A DNA stretch of 64,000 nt. It comes from Mobula hypostoma. Lineage: Eukaryota. The notes under the pieces were generated by a model that saw only the letters and a program-made list of their open reading frames with translations, was not told where the DNA came from and made no database searches. This document shows, piece after piece, positions 27,115 through 39,554 of the stretch. The position numbers and the translations under genes were made by a program. The stretch covers positions 216,816,001 through 216,880,000 of the forward strand of contig NC_086097.1 in NCBI RefSeq assembly GCF_963921235.1, read 5' to 3'. Within the stretch, counting starts at the first letter, position 1. The number at the start of each line of letters is the position of its first letter.

Positions 27115-27580
27115 TTTATAGAACATAGGATAGTACAGCACAGTACAGGCCCTTTGGCCCACAACGTTGTGCCGACCCTTAAACCCTGCCTCCCATATAA
27201 CCCCCCCCACCTTAAATTCCTCCATATACCTGTCTAGTCATCTCTTAAACTTCACTAGTGTATCTGCCTCCACCACTGACTCTGGCAGTGCATTCCATGC
27301 ACCAACCACTCTCTGAGTAAAAAACCTTCCTCTAATATCCCCCTTGAACTTCCCATCCCTTACCTTAAAGCCATTTTCTCTTGTACTGAGCAGTGGTGCC
27401 CTGGGGAAGAGGCGCTGGCTATCCACTCTGTCTATTCCTCTTAATATCTTGTATACCTCTATCATGTCTCCTCTCATCCTCCTTCTCTCCAAAGAGTAAA
27501 GTCCTAGCTTCCTTAATCTCTGATCATAATGCATACTCTCTACACCAGGCAGCATCCTGGTAAATCTCCTCTGTACTCAT
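27115..27580 (-). mobile_element. CR1 LINE 3' end, well preserved
   Basis: ORF 27238..27555 LGLYSLERRRMRGDMIEVYKIL..FFTQRVVGAWNALP. Confidence 0.9.
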
Positions 27581-27809
27581 GCATGCATCTTGTTTACGGT
27601 CTATGAAAGGTGCATACTGTTAGAAAGACTCTGAAAACTGGGAAAGGCACATGAACTGAGGTCATTCTCAGCAATGAAATTACTTTATACACATTTTCTA
27701 CTGGATTCATCAGCAGTGTTCATAATTGTTCAGTATTTATTGATGAAAGATATGATGTGGACTTGAAGCAAAGAGCAGCAGCTTGCTTGCCATATGCATG
27801 GGATATACA

Positions 27810-28150
27810 ATCAGTGTTACTTTATTAGATACACCTGTACACTTGCCATTAATGCAAATACCTAATCAGTCAAGTATGTGACAGCACCTCAATGCATAAA
27901 AGCATGCAGATATGGTCAAGAAGTTCAGTTGTTGTTCAGACCAAACATCAGAATGAGGAAGAAATGTGATCTTAGTGGCTTTGACCATGGAGTGATTGTT
28001 GGTGCCAGACGGGGTGGATCGAGTATATCAGGAATTGCTGATCACCTGTGATTTTCACACACAACAGCATCTAGCTTACAGAGAATGGTAAAAAAATAAA
28101 ATAACAACAAAGACCCAGTGAATAGCAGTTCTATGGGCAAAAATGCCCCA
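27810..28150 (+). mobile_element. Tc1 derivative, same family as 16110
   Basis: Near-identical catggtcaag.agttcagttgttgttcagaccaaacatc..atg.ggaagaaatgtga segment. Confidence 0.75.
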
Positions 28151-28729
28151 TCAAGACTAATAGGACATGTTAATTGTAAACAAGTCCTATTATTTGTCTG
28201 CAAACTGTATATAAAATTGCAACATTGTGCATCTCTCAACTAATCACCACTCACTTAGATAACCACAATATACTTACAGAAGAGCAGGAAGGATGCTGTA
28301 AGGGAATGAAAGGATGTAAAGAACAATTGATAATAGATTCTGTAATTCTAAATCAAGCCCGGCAGAAAAGCAGAAATCTTTCATGTTATATATACTAACT
28401 ACCAAAAAAGCATTTGTTTGTGTCCCACACTCATGGTTAATAGAAGCTCTGAATATAGATAAACCACACGCAATGCTTGTGAAATTCCTACAGCATCTGA
28501 TGAAGCATTGGCGTATTAAAATCACACTATCTATTAACAACCAAAAAAGAATAACCACCATTAATAAAATAAACTGAGGCATTTTCCAGGGCAACTCTCT
28601 GAGCCCTCTATGGTTTTGTCTACCATTAAACCCACTCTCTAATTTACTGAATTGGACAAAAATAGGGTATCAAATCAGGGACAATCAAGTGAATTATACC
28701 TTGACACACCTTATATACATGGATGTTTA

Positions 28730-29288
28730 GGTAAAAAAGCCGAAGATGAAAAGAGGATGGCTTCTACAGCAGGATAATGATCCTAAACACACCTCAAAAT
28801 CCACAATGGACTACCTCAAGAGGCACAAGCTGAAGGTTTTGCTATGGCCCTCACAGTCCTCTGACCTAAACATCATTGATAATCTGTGGATAGACCTCAA
28901 AAGAGCAGTGCATGCAAGACAGCCCAAGAATCTCACAGAACTAGAAGCGTTCTGCAAGGAAGAATGGGTGAAAAGCCCCCAAACTAGAATTGAAAGACTC
29001 TTAGCTGGCGACAGAAAGCGTTTACAAGCTGTGATACTTGCCAAGGGGGGTGTGTTACTAAGTACTGCCATGCAGGGTGCCCAAACTTTTACTTTGGGCC
29101 CTTTTCCTTTTTTGTTATTTTGAAACTGTAAAAGATGGAAATAAAAAATTTTTTTGCTTAAAATATTAAAGAAATGTGTCATCTTTAACTTTATGCCTTT
29201 TGGAAATCAGTTCATCTTTTACTCACTTAGCTATTCACAGTAACAGAAATTTTGACCAGGGGTGCCCAAATTTTTGCATACCACTGTA
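28730..29288 (+). mobile_element. Tc1 transposase C-terminus plus right IR/DR-type TIR
   Basis: ORF 28746..29123 LQQDNDPKH..WPSQSSDLNIIDNLW..EEW. Direct repeats ggtgcccaaa.tttt at ~29076 and ~29261; ends CACTG|TA at 29286/29287-29288. Confidence 0.85.
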
Positions 29289-29919
29289 AGTATCTAGGAT
29301 ATCAACAAGCAAAGAAAATAAATCATAATGCAATAAAGGGAACGCTTTCAACAGAATTTACTTCAAAGCTTAAGAAAATCTCCCAACAGAGCTCAATAAT
29401 AAAAAATATAACAAAGGCAATAAACACTTTTGCTATACTCATATAAAAGTATTCTTTTGGTATAATATCTTGGTCAGAAACCAATTTAGAAAACTTACAA
29501 AGAAAAATAAGAACTGAAATGGCAGATTTTAGAGAGCACTATGTACACTCGAACACACTTAAATTAACACTACCTAGGACAGAAGGAGGAAGAGGAATAA
29601 CAGACATTAAAATGTTACACAATAATCAAATAAAACTTCTAAAGATATATTTTCATCAATGAAAACAGGATTCAGCACTCCACATCAGCAAATGCAATTT
29701 CGATAACAAATACACACCACTAAACTTAAATGAAAGCACAGCCCAGTAAATTATCACTACAGAAGAAAAAGTGAACCAATGGAAGAGCATGGCCCTCCAC
29801 GGAAGACATCCTTATGACTTGAGAAGACTAGATGTTGACAAGGAAGTGTTGAACGCCTGGCTCAGATTTGGAGACCTCTTCCCAGAAGCAGAGGGGTTCC
29901 TTGTGGCAATACAGTTAAC

Positions 29920-30269
29920 CCTCGGTGAGATAGGGAGTTGTCTATCCCAGCATGTGAAGACAGACTCCGGCGGATTGAGCGGACGAGACCAGCGGAAGGT
30001 CCAATGGTCAAGAAGGCGGTCTCTGCAAGCGTCATGGAACGTGTAGAGCAGGACAAGACACAGAAGACGTCCTGGTCATCCACTGCGCCTAGTCCCATCT
30101 CCAGCCATCTAGACTCTGTCTTGCCACTGGATCCAGATGGGAATTGTGAAGAAAGAGTGAGGCTGACGCTGCGCAACTCTCCCTCACTTAAATCCAAATC
30201 ACGCGCTAGTCTCGACACCATCGTTATGGTGTCGAGGTCCTCTTCGATGTCAACGATGGACGAACAACA
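29920..30269 (+). mobile_element. Non-autonomous RTE-type short retroposon, 5'-truncated
   Basis: 9-bp TSD acagttaac (29911-29919 / 30270-30278); (CAA)n tail. First ~170 nt are homologous to 51180-51345 (-). Confidence 0.75.
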
Positions 30270-30809
30270 ACAGTTAACACAAAAAAATTGTCAGAAGTAC
30301 ATAATAAGAGACCAAGAAATTCAAAATGAGAATGCAGAAAATGTCAAGAGAAATCAGAAACAATCCAACACATTACAGGATCCTGTAGCAGTTTAATTCA
30401 ATCTGATTACTTACACAGGCACAGTCAAGTGGCAAATATCATTCACCAAAAATCTTGCTTTAAAGTACAAACTCATAAAATACGCCAGACCTTAGTAAAC
30501 TTACAAGCCTGATTAAGTTTTAGAGTCAGAATCCTACAAAGTATATTACGACCAATTCATCATTACAGATAGGACAATCCACAATAACCATCTGGGTATA
30601 ATAATACAGGATAAACAAACAAGAACAACTTAAATAATAGATAGAGCCATATATAGAAATCAATAAGTGTAAAACACCAGAAGTATGCTGAATGAAATTG
30701 AAAGACTATGGAAAATTCTGCTAAGGAGCATTCAAGTCGGGTGACCAAGAAAATTACAAGAGGTTCAGATATGATCTCCGGCAAGCAAGCTCACAGGCAA
30801 AATGGCACG

Positions 30810-32530
30810 AGGTCATAGATTCACAGAAAAGAACAGTGTGGAAACAGGCCATTTGACCCATCTATTCCATGTTGAAATTATTTAAGCTGCCTACTCCCAT
30901 CAACCTGCACCAGGATCATAGCCCTCCATATCCCTACTATAAATGTACCTATCCAAACTTCACATAAACATTGAAATCGAGATCACATGCACCACTTGTG
31001 CTTGCAGCTCATTGCCTTCTCTCATGATGCTCTGAGGCTGAGTGAAGAAGTTTCCTTTCATGTTCCCTTAAACTTCTCATTTTTCACCCTTAACTCATGA
31101 CCTCTGATTGTAGTCCCACCCAAACTCAGGAAAAAGCCTGTTTGCATTTACCTTATCTATACCCCTCATAATTTAGTATACTTCTATCAAATCTCCTCTC
31201 AATCTTTTATGTTCTAAAGAATAAAGTCCTGATCTATTCAATCTTTCCTTATAACTCAGGTCCTTCAGACCCGCAATATCCTTGTAAATTTTCTCATTCG
31301 TTCATCCATTTATTATCAAACCATGTATCCATATGCAACCCTGAAATTTGTCTTCTCCAGAAAGCCAGAAAGAACTTGAAAGGCATTCAGAGAGAAACAT
31401 CAAACCCACCCCCTGTACAAAAAAAGAACAGCATCCCAATCGTTAACCCCCCCCCCTACAAAACGGAACAGGAACATTGACCCCCAAAAAACAACCCCTC
31501 TCCCACACAAAAACTAACAGAACATCAACCCTGTATTCTTTCAACCTTATTTACATCTTTCCTGTAAGTAGGTGACCAAAACTGCACACAATACTCCTAA
31601 CTAGTCCTTACTAACATCTTACACAAATTCAACATAACATCCCATTTCCTGTACTCAATACTTTGACTGATGAAGACGAATGTGCCAAAAGCTTTCTTTA
31701 AAACCCTATCTACCTGTGATGCCACTTTCAATGAATTATGGACTTGTATTCCTAGATCCCTTTGTTGTACCACACTCCTCAGTGTCCTACCATTCATTGT
31801 GAAGACCTACCCAACACCTTGCACTTGTCTGCATTAAATTCCATCTGCCATTTTTCAGTCCCTTTTTCCAGCTGATCCAGGTCCCTCTGCAAGTCATGAC
31901 TGCCTTCCTCACTGTCCACTGCACCCCCAATCTTGGTGTCACCCACAAATTTGCTGATCCATTTCACTATATTATCATCCAGATTGTTGATATAGATGAC
32001 AAACAACAATTGACCCAGTACCAATCCCTGCAGCACACCACTAATCACAGGCCTCCAGTCAGAGAGGCAACCAGCTGCTACCACTCTCTAGCTTCTCTCA
32101 CAAAGCGAATGTCTAATCCAATTTACTACCTCATCCTGAATGCCAAGTGATTGAGCTTTCTTGACCAACTTCCCATGTGGGACCTTGTCAAGTGCCTTGC
32201 TCCATGTCGACAACATCCACTACCTTGCCTTCATCCAGTTTTCTGGTAATTTCCTTGAAAAACTCTATAAGATCAGTTAGACATGACCTACCATGCACGA
32301 AGCCATGCTGACTATCCTTAATCAGTCCATGTCTATCCAAATACTTATATATCCAGTCCTTTAGAGTACTTTCCAATAACCTCCCCACAATTGTTGTCAG
32401 ACTCACCGGCCTATAATTTCCTGGTTTATGTTTAGAGCCTTTCTTAAACAGCGGAACAACATTGGTTATTCTCCAATCCTTTGGTACTTTTCCTGTCACT
32501 AAGGATGATTTAAGTATCGCTGCTAATTGT
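30810..32530 (-). mobile_element. CR1 LINE fragment (RT + 3' end), interrupted at ~31295-31530
   Basis: PGNYRPVSLT..SQHGFVHGRSCLTDLIEFF (32188..32535), LQGLVLGQLLF (31794..32084), and a CR1 3' UTR. Confidence 0.85.
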
Positions 32531-32534
32531 GTCA

Positions 32535-34320
32535 ATTCCAGACTAAACTTAAATCAACAAAGGATGCTTGACATTTGTGTCAGGGCTTGGATACTATGAC
32601 CTCTTATAAAGTAAAATCAAGCGACATAGGCAACAACAGGGCTTCACTTCCAGATGTGCTCAATGCCTTTTATGCTCACTTTGACATTCAAACATGGAAG
32701 ACGGGGTACCTGGCCAAGTACTAAGGACTTGTACTGATCAACTGGCTGGAATATTCACTGAGATCTTTAACCTCACACTTCGGGAGTCTGAGGTACCTAC
32801 CTGCTTTAAACAAACCTCAATTATACCGGTGCCCAAGAAGAATATGGTGACCTGCCTCCATGACTATCATCCAACAGCACTTACATCCACAGTGATGAAG
32901 TGTTTTGGGAGGTCGGTAATCAAGTATATCAATTCCTGCCTGAGAAGTGACTTGGATCTGCTCCAATTTGCCTACTGGAGCAATAAATCCACAGTAGATG
33001 CCATCTCATTGGCTCTTCTCTCAATCCTGGAACATCTGGACAGCAAAGGTGCATACATAGGGTGCTCTTTTTCAACTACAGTTCAACATTCAATACCATT
33101 ATCCCCTCAAAACTGATCAATAAACTTCAAGACCTTGGCCTCAGTCCCTCCATGTGCAATTGGATCCCCAATGCCTCACTTGCAGACCCCAGTAAGTTTG
33201 GATTGGCAACAACATCTCCTCCATGATCCCCATCTGCACACGTGCAGCAAAAGGCTGTGTGATTAGCCCCCTGCTCTATTCACTTTACACCTATGGCTGA
33301 TGGCTGGTGGCTAAGCACAGCTTCAATGTCATATTCAAATTTACTGATGACACCACTGTCCCAGGCCAAAATAAAGGTAGTGATGAATTAGCATGTAGGA
33401 GGGAGATTGAAAATCTGGCTTTGTGGTGTCATAACATAACCTCTTACTCAATGTCAGCAAGACCAAGAGCTGATGAAAGACTTCAGGAGGATGAAACCAG
33501 TGGTCCATGAGCCAGTCCTCATCGGAGGATCAGAAGTAGAGAGGGTCAGCAACTTTAAATTCCTCAGTGGTATCATTACAGAGGATCTGTTCTGAGCCCA
33601 GCATGTAAGTGCAATTATGAAGAAAGCTCGAAGGAAGCTCTCCTTCCTCAGTATTTTGCATAGATTCAGCCTGATATTTAAAACTGTGACAAACTTCTAT
33701 GGATGTATAGTAGAGGATATATTTCCTGGTATGGAAACACTAAAGCCGTTGAACAGAAAATCCTACAAAAAAGTAATGGACACAGGCCAGGCCATCGCAG
33801 GTAAAGCCCTCCCCACCATTGAGTACATCTACATTAAACACTGTCAGGAAAGCAGCATCCATCATCAGGGACCCCAACACCCAGGACATGCTCTCTTCTC
33901 ACTGCTGCCATCAGGAAGGAGGTACGGGAGCTTCAGGACTCACACCACCAGGTTCAGGAACAGTTATCATCTCTCAACCATTAAGCTCTTGAACCAAAAT
34001 TGATAACTTCACTCAAATGCCCCATCATTGAACAGTTCCCTCAACCGATGAACCCTCTTTCAGAGATTCTCCATCTTGTGTTCTTGATATTTATTGTTTA
34101 TATATTTTTTTATTATTATTTCTTTCTTTTTGTATTTGCACATTCCGTTGTCTTTTGTACATTGGTTGAACACCCAAGTTGGTGCGGTCTTTCATTGATT
34201 CTATTATGGTTATTATTCTATTATGGATTTATTGAGTAGGTCCACAAGAAATTGAATCTCAGGGTTGTATATATGTGAATATATGTACTTTGATAATAAA
34301 TTTACTTTGAACATTGAATT
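32535..34320 (+). mobile_element. Rex1/Babar-type LINE, 5'-truncated
   Basis: ORF 32694..33116 (TSIIPVPKK..CLHDYHPTALTSTVMKCF), KFTDDTT, HALFSLLPSGRRY; actttgaacattgaa tail. Confidence 0.85.
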
Positions 34321-34457
34321 GGTATCATCCTAAATTCACTACACAACAGTAATAAACAATTAGGCTGGCACAGCAGTATTTATGTAAATCTCCAGAAAGC
34401 CATGATATTAACCACTAGAATAGTCCAATAGTTCCTAGCAATTGAGAAATGAATGTA

Positions 34458-34678
34458 ATACACACAAAATGCTGGAGGAACTCAGCAGGCCAGGAGCATC
34501 CATGGAAAAGAGTGAAACAGTCAACATTTTGGGCCAAGACCCTCATGAGTCCTGAAGAAGGGTCTCAGCCTGAAACCTCGACTCTACTCTTTCACATTGA
34601 TGATGGCTGGCCTGATAAGTTCCTCCAGCGTCTTGCATGTGTTACTTTGATTTCCAGCATCCGCAGATTTTCTCTTCT
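34458..34678. repeat. Penelope-derived palindromic element with near-intact hammerhead core
   Basis: agtc-CTGAAGA-agggtctcagcct-GAAAC-ctc-gact on +; arms cacacaaaatgctggaggaac..gttcctccagc. Confidence 0.8.
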
Positions 34679-36008
34679 TTGAGAAATGAGTGTGTTTGGC
34701 TATGGCTGTACCTCAGGTTTTACCAGATTGATCTGTGAAAAAATAAAAAAAAGAACAATAGTACCTTATTTCTAACCCACTTTTCATACAGACGATGTAG
34801 TTCAAAGTGCTTTACAATGGCACAAAGTACTTACACATGGAACATACAAAAAGCCATGAAGGCATTTGGTCACATTTTTCATGTTGTTCAGTCTTAAACT
34901 GAGGGATCAGTGTCAGCTATACTAAATAACACCCATAAAATCAAGTTTATAGTTTAGAAGTCAAGTGTTCATCTAAATTGTGTTAATAAACCATTATTTG
35001 TCTTTGATAGATAATGTAATGTGTTAGCACCATTAGGAAAAGACATTACATTACAAAAACATAAACTCTACAACAGTCAAAAATACAATGAACTGGATGG
35101 ACTCTGTCGCCAAACATTATACTGAGCATATGCAACAGCTGTAACCAGAGCTAACGAAGGTCAAAATACAAGGTTAACAATTGTCACCTTAACTCATGGA
35201 AATCTCGCTTTCTGCTTGGGGGTATTGACTCTGATTAGTGCAATAATTTGTCCTCTAAAGCAAAAATAAACATTTGTGGTGTGCATGACGTTCTTAAGTT
35301 AACAAGCAATCCTCTTGGCTTTGGTCCAGAACCAAAACAAACAAAGCATAATCTCCCTCATATAAAATGTGCTTTGATTGGGCATTTGCTTACGCCACAT
35401 TTTCAAACCATGTTTTGTTTTAAACATTTTAACTGACTCTTCTGACATATTTTCTTTCTGTCTGTTATTCTTCTGTTGGCCCAATGTTCGGATGCTCTGG
35501 AAATCAGTTCTGAGCTAGTTTTGTGCAGCAGACTCATTTATTGTGAACTCCAGAACACAGTGGTAACTCTCCAATCCACTGATGCAAATTGTTACACAAA
35601 GTCGTACTCAATCATTTCCTTATTTGACTTGAACAATAATCTTCTAACTCAAATCTAATGAGAAAGGACTTGGTCCCATTTAACATGTCCTTTAAAGGAC
35701 AAAAGCAAATCAGATGATTATTTGTAACAAAGTAACTAAGTTAACCCTTCATAGAATGGAGCTTACTTGAACCCGGTTAAAGTCGCAAAATAAATATAGA
35801 TGATAAGAGCTACTCTGTCATGTGCAATGGCTAAAAGTGGAAATCCAAAGACTCATGTAGGTTATGTACTGAATTTGTATCCAAATTAGATATCTGGATT
35901 CGTAATCCAGAGAAGTAAAGTCAAATCTCTCACTAAACACAAGTGAATTTGGAATTAAGTAATTAAATACATCTGGTATTTGTGTTCATTTTGGAACTGA
36001 AATTCACA

Positions 36009-36222
36009 GACACGGGATTCTGCAGATGCTGGAATTCTCAAGCAACACACAGAAAATGCTTGTGGAACTCAGCAATTCAGGCAGCATCTATGGAGGGGAA
36101 TACACAGCCAATGTTTCCGACCCTGATGCAGAGTCTCAGCCCAAAGTTTTGACTGTGTTTTGGCCTCCATGGATGCTGCCTGATTTGCCGAATTCCTCCA
36201 GCATTTTGTGTGTGTTGCTTGG
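36009..36222. repeat. Penelope-derived palindromic element, degenerate
   Basis: Inverted arms aagcaacacacagaaaatgct...agcattttgtgtgtgttgctt. Confidence 0.7.
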
Positions 36223-36224
36223 GA

Positions 36225-36970
36225 TTTATGTACCAAGATACAGTGAAAAGCTCGTTGAACATAATGTTCATATGGATCAAATTATTACGCAGGGCATTGA
36301 GGTAGAAGGTAAAACGATAACAGAATGCAAAATAAAGTGTAACAAGTGAACTTGAAATTGCTCATTCTTTCCACTTTTGATCCCTCTGTGAGAATTGGTA
36401 TGTGTTCCCTCATCTTACCCTCTGTGAAGTCCACAATCAGTTCTTTGGTCTTACTGACATTGAGTGCAAGGTTGTTGCTACAACACCACTCAACTACCTG
36501 ATATATCTTGCTCCTGTACGCCGTATTTACACGAGAACACCATTCAATAGTCTCAAAACAGTGGGGTAAAAGCTGTCCTTGAGCCTGATGGTACACACTT
36601 TCAGGCTTTTTTACCATCTGCCTGATGGGAGGGGGAGAAGAGAGAATGGTTGGGGTGGGTGGCGTTTTTGATTATGCTGCCTGCTTTACTGACAGCGAGA
36701 AGTGTAGACAATTCCATGGAGTGAACACTGACCCATAACGTTCTGTAAGGTCTTGCACTCACAGGCAGGGCAGTTGCTATATTAAGCCACGATGCTTTCT
36801 ATGGTGCATTGATAAAAATTGGTAAGGGTTTGAGAACATGCCAAATTTCTTTAGCCTCCAGAAAGTAGAGGCATTGGAGATCTGTTTCGGCCATGGTTGA
36901 ACCAGTTCAGGTAATTGGTAAAGTTCACGCCTTAGAACTTGAAATTCTCAACCCTCTTAACCTAAACAAT
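36225..36970 (-). mobile_element. Rex1-type LINE fragments (mosaic)
   Basis: WCCSNNLALNVSKTKELIVDF (36285..36617) plus adjacent 3' end pieces. Confidence 0.65.
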
Positions 36971-37231
36971 GTTGATGTACGCTGCACCCTCTCCCCACCC
37001 CCTCCCCCCAACCATACCAGAAGCCGGTACTACCGGAAATTCAAGGCCAGCAGGAATACCAGCTCCTTCCAAATGAGCATTTTCCTGACATGGAATATGT
37101 CACCATTAGCCAGCATCATTATGTTAAATCTCTGACAATGGCTACCTGGTTAAAGTATGTTCACTTACAAAATGTGTTTCTTCAAGGTGGTAGCTCTTTG
37201 GAATTAAAAAGTGGGCCTTGGTAATAATTTC

Positions 37232-37476
37232 GGTTATGTTTTGTAACTCAAGAACATAAAATTAATTTGAAGAAAATGACAGGAGCCCAGGAGAACCGGT
37301 CTTAGTTTAGCTTTTACTTTAGTAATATGTGCATGTATCATGTGGTAACGTCATGACATTGGTAATTAATGTATTTTTTCATATAACTATAATGAATTAT
37401 TTAAATGAACAAGAATGCTTAATCAAACAATGTATTTATAATATTTCTCAAATAATACTGAAATATTAAACACACA
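37232..37476 (-). mobile_element. Possible short solo LTR
   Basis: ~245-bp AT-rich unit starting TGTGTG and ending ..gagttacaaaacataac on minus strand. No clean TSD. Confidence 0.3.
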
Positions 37477-37809
37477 CCAACTTCTATAACCCGAATAACC
37501 CAGGAAAACTGCTTTAGGCATCCTGCTTACAGTCGGGTAGTGGTTTGGCAGCCTGCCTTCCCAAAGATTTATGTTGATCCTTTTACCATCCATGAGTAGG
37601 CAGTGACTCACAGTCCTGTTTTGTTCTGTTATGAGGTGATTTAGCTTTATTTAAGATGAAAATGAAAGGAAGATGAAGAATAGATTTCTTTTTCAACTGG
37701 ATTCCAAAACTTTTATGTAATGTGATGCTGATTTGCAGTGTGTGCCTCAACATTGCTGAATGAGAGAGTGTGATTGTATAATTGTACATGAGATTGTATA
37801 AACAAGAGG

Positions 37810-38026
37810 AAACCTGCAGAAGCTGCAATTCAAAGTAATACACTCAGGATGCTGGAGGAGATCAGCAGGCCAGGCAGCTTCTGTAGAAAAGAGTAAACCA
37901 TCGACGTTTCAGGCCAAAACCCTTCATTGGGACTCATGAAGGATCTCACTCTGAAACGTCGACTGTTTACTCTTTTCTGTAGATGCTCCCTGGGCTGCTG
38001 AGTTCCTCCAGCATTTTGTGTGTGTT
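37810..38026. repeat. Penelope-derived palindromic element
   Basis: Arms gatgctggaggag..tcgacgtttc / gaaacgtcgact..ctccagcattttgtgtgtg. Confidence 0.75.
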
Positions 38027-38249
38027 ACATGAGAACGTATGTTGTTCAGTGCAGCATGCCTCCAGACTATATCCTACATCAGGCATAAAATGGCAGGATG
38101 ATCATATGAAATTGAGACTACTGATGATCATTTTTCCTCTACAATGCACACAAAATACACAGGTATTGCAGACAGTTCTTGTCTCCCTGTTTTACAAAAG
38201 AAACCTCATTAAAACAGAGGTTTAATGTCATTCTAAACCTATGCTTAGA

Positions 38250-38820
38250 AAAACATGGAATGAATGCAGAGAAGATCTACGAGAATGTTGCCAGGTCTCA
38301 GGTGACTGGATTATAGCGAGAGGTTGGGTAGGCTGATACTTGACTCCTTGAGGCATAGGAGGCTAAGGGGTGACATTGTAGATGTGTGTAAAATCTTGAG
38401 GGCATGGATAGGGTGAATGCACACAGTTTCTCCCCCAGCACCAGGGAGTCAAAAACTAGAGGGCATAGGTTAAAAGTGAGAGGGAAAAGATTTAAAAGGG
38501 ACTCGAAGGGCATCTCCTTTATGCAGAGGTTTCAATATTCAAGTTTATTTATCACATCTACATTGAAACATACAGTGAAATGCATCATTTACGTTAACAG
38601 CCAACACACCCGAAGCTGTGCTGTGTGTTACCACACTTTGAGAGAGGTGGAGCATATATGGAAAGAGCTTCCAGAGGAAGCAGTTGAAGCATAACAAGAT
38701 TTATAAGACATTTAGACAGATATATGGATAAGAAAGGGATATTGGCGAAACATAGGCAAATGAGACTAGCTTAGCTCAGCATCTTGGTTGGCATGGACAA
38801 GTGGGCACAAGGACTTGTTT
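38250..38820 (+). mobile_element. CR1 LINE 3' fragment with small insertion (~38530-38640)
   Basis: KTRGHRLKVRGKRFK..WKELPEEAVEA. Confidence 0.7.
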
Positions 38821-39554
38821 GTCACTGTGGCAACATACTTATGTCCATAACAGCTTCACTTTTGTGCAAATTCCTGACAGGGTATCCAGTATCTCATTTT
38901 CAGTACAGATGTTGGCTCTCAACACACTGATTTGTATGACACCATGATGACTGTGTCCAGTAATGCAATATATATGATACCCACCAGGAATGTGTCCTTC
39001 TGGTTTCCCATGCATAACTCCTCACTGTCTGCATCATGCAAGCAATGACCCAGCAATAAAAGTTGGATATTCTCACAGTAGCTGTCCTCCTGATATTGCA
39101 GATCTTTTACTTATTTGTTCCAAGATCCACAAGTGTAGGGAGATCTGGAGCAAAACCAGAAAATGCTGCAAGCGCTCAGAAGTTCAGACAGTGTCTGCAG
39201 AAAGAGAAAAACAGTTATCATTTCAGGTTAAAGGCCCTACTTATATAGATACTTTTTTACATCTTTCCAGAATCCCCATTGTCTTGGTTAACAGCTTCAG
39301 CTTTGAAGGGTAGTGCGTCTCTTACTCGACCATCAGTCCCTTTCAATCTGCCCTGATGAAACAAGCCTTCTATTTTGTGAAAGTTTTTTTTTCTCCTTCA
39401 TTTACCTTTATGCTACCAATATTAACTCTAAAAGCAGCTGCCCTGCCAACTTTCTAGCTTTTCTAGTCATGCTGCCAGACAGTTTCTTGTCTATATTTTT
39501 CATGCATGAAAAGTGGCTAAAATTTAAAAGGAAGCTACCTTTACAAAATCATAA

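Larger units (their letters stand above)
28160..30720 (+). mobile_element. R4/Dong-clade non-LTR retrotransposon (RT + CCHC + restriction-like endonuclease), degraded, with two nested insertions
   Basis: + frames read LTEEQEGCCKGMKGCKEQLIIDSVI, KAF..VPHSWLIEAL, GIFQGNSLSPLWFC, THLIYMD, YLG..KAINTFAI, LPRTEGGRGI, LHGRHP..EAEGFLVAIQ, QHITGSC and ITDRTIHNNH. Confidence 0.8.

Noticed and set aside
28274..28594. Minus-strand ORF with apparent splice sites (possible host exon)
   Set aside because: The plus strand here encodes R4-clade RT motifs, so the ORF is antisense shadow.
35390..35500. Possible minus-strand exon (SIRTLGQQKNN...GLKMW|GTAAG)
   Set aside because: Weak acceptor, no recognisable protein and no partner exons. 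Cannot be supported without RNA data.
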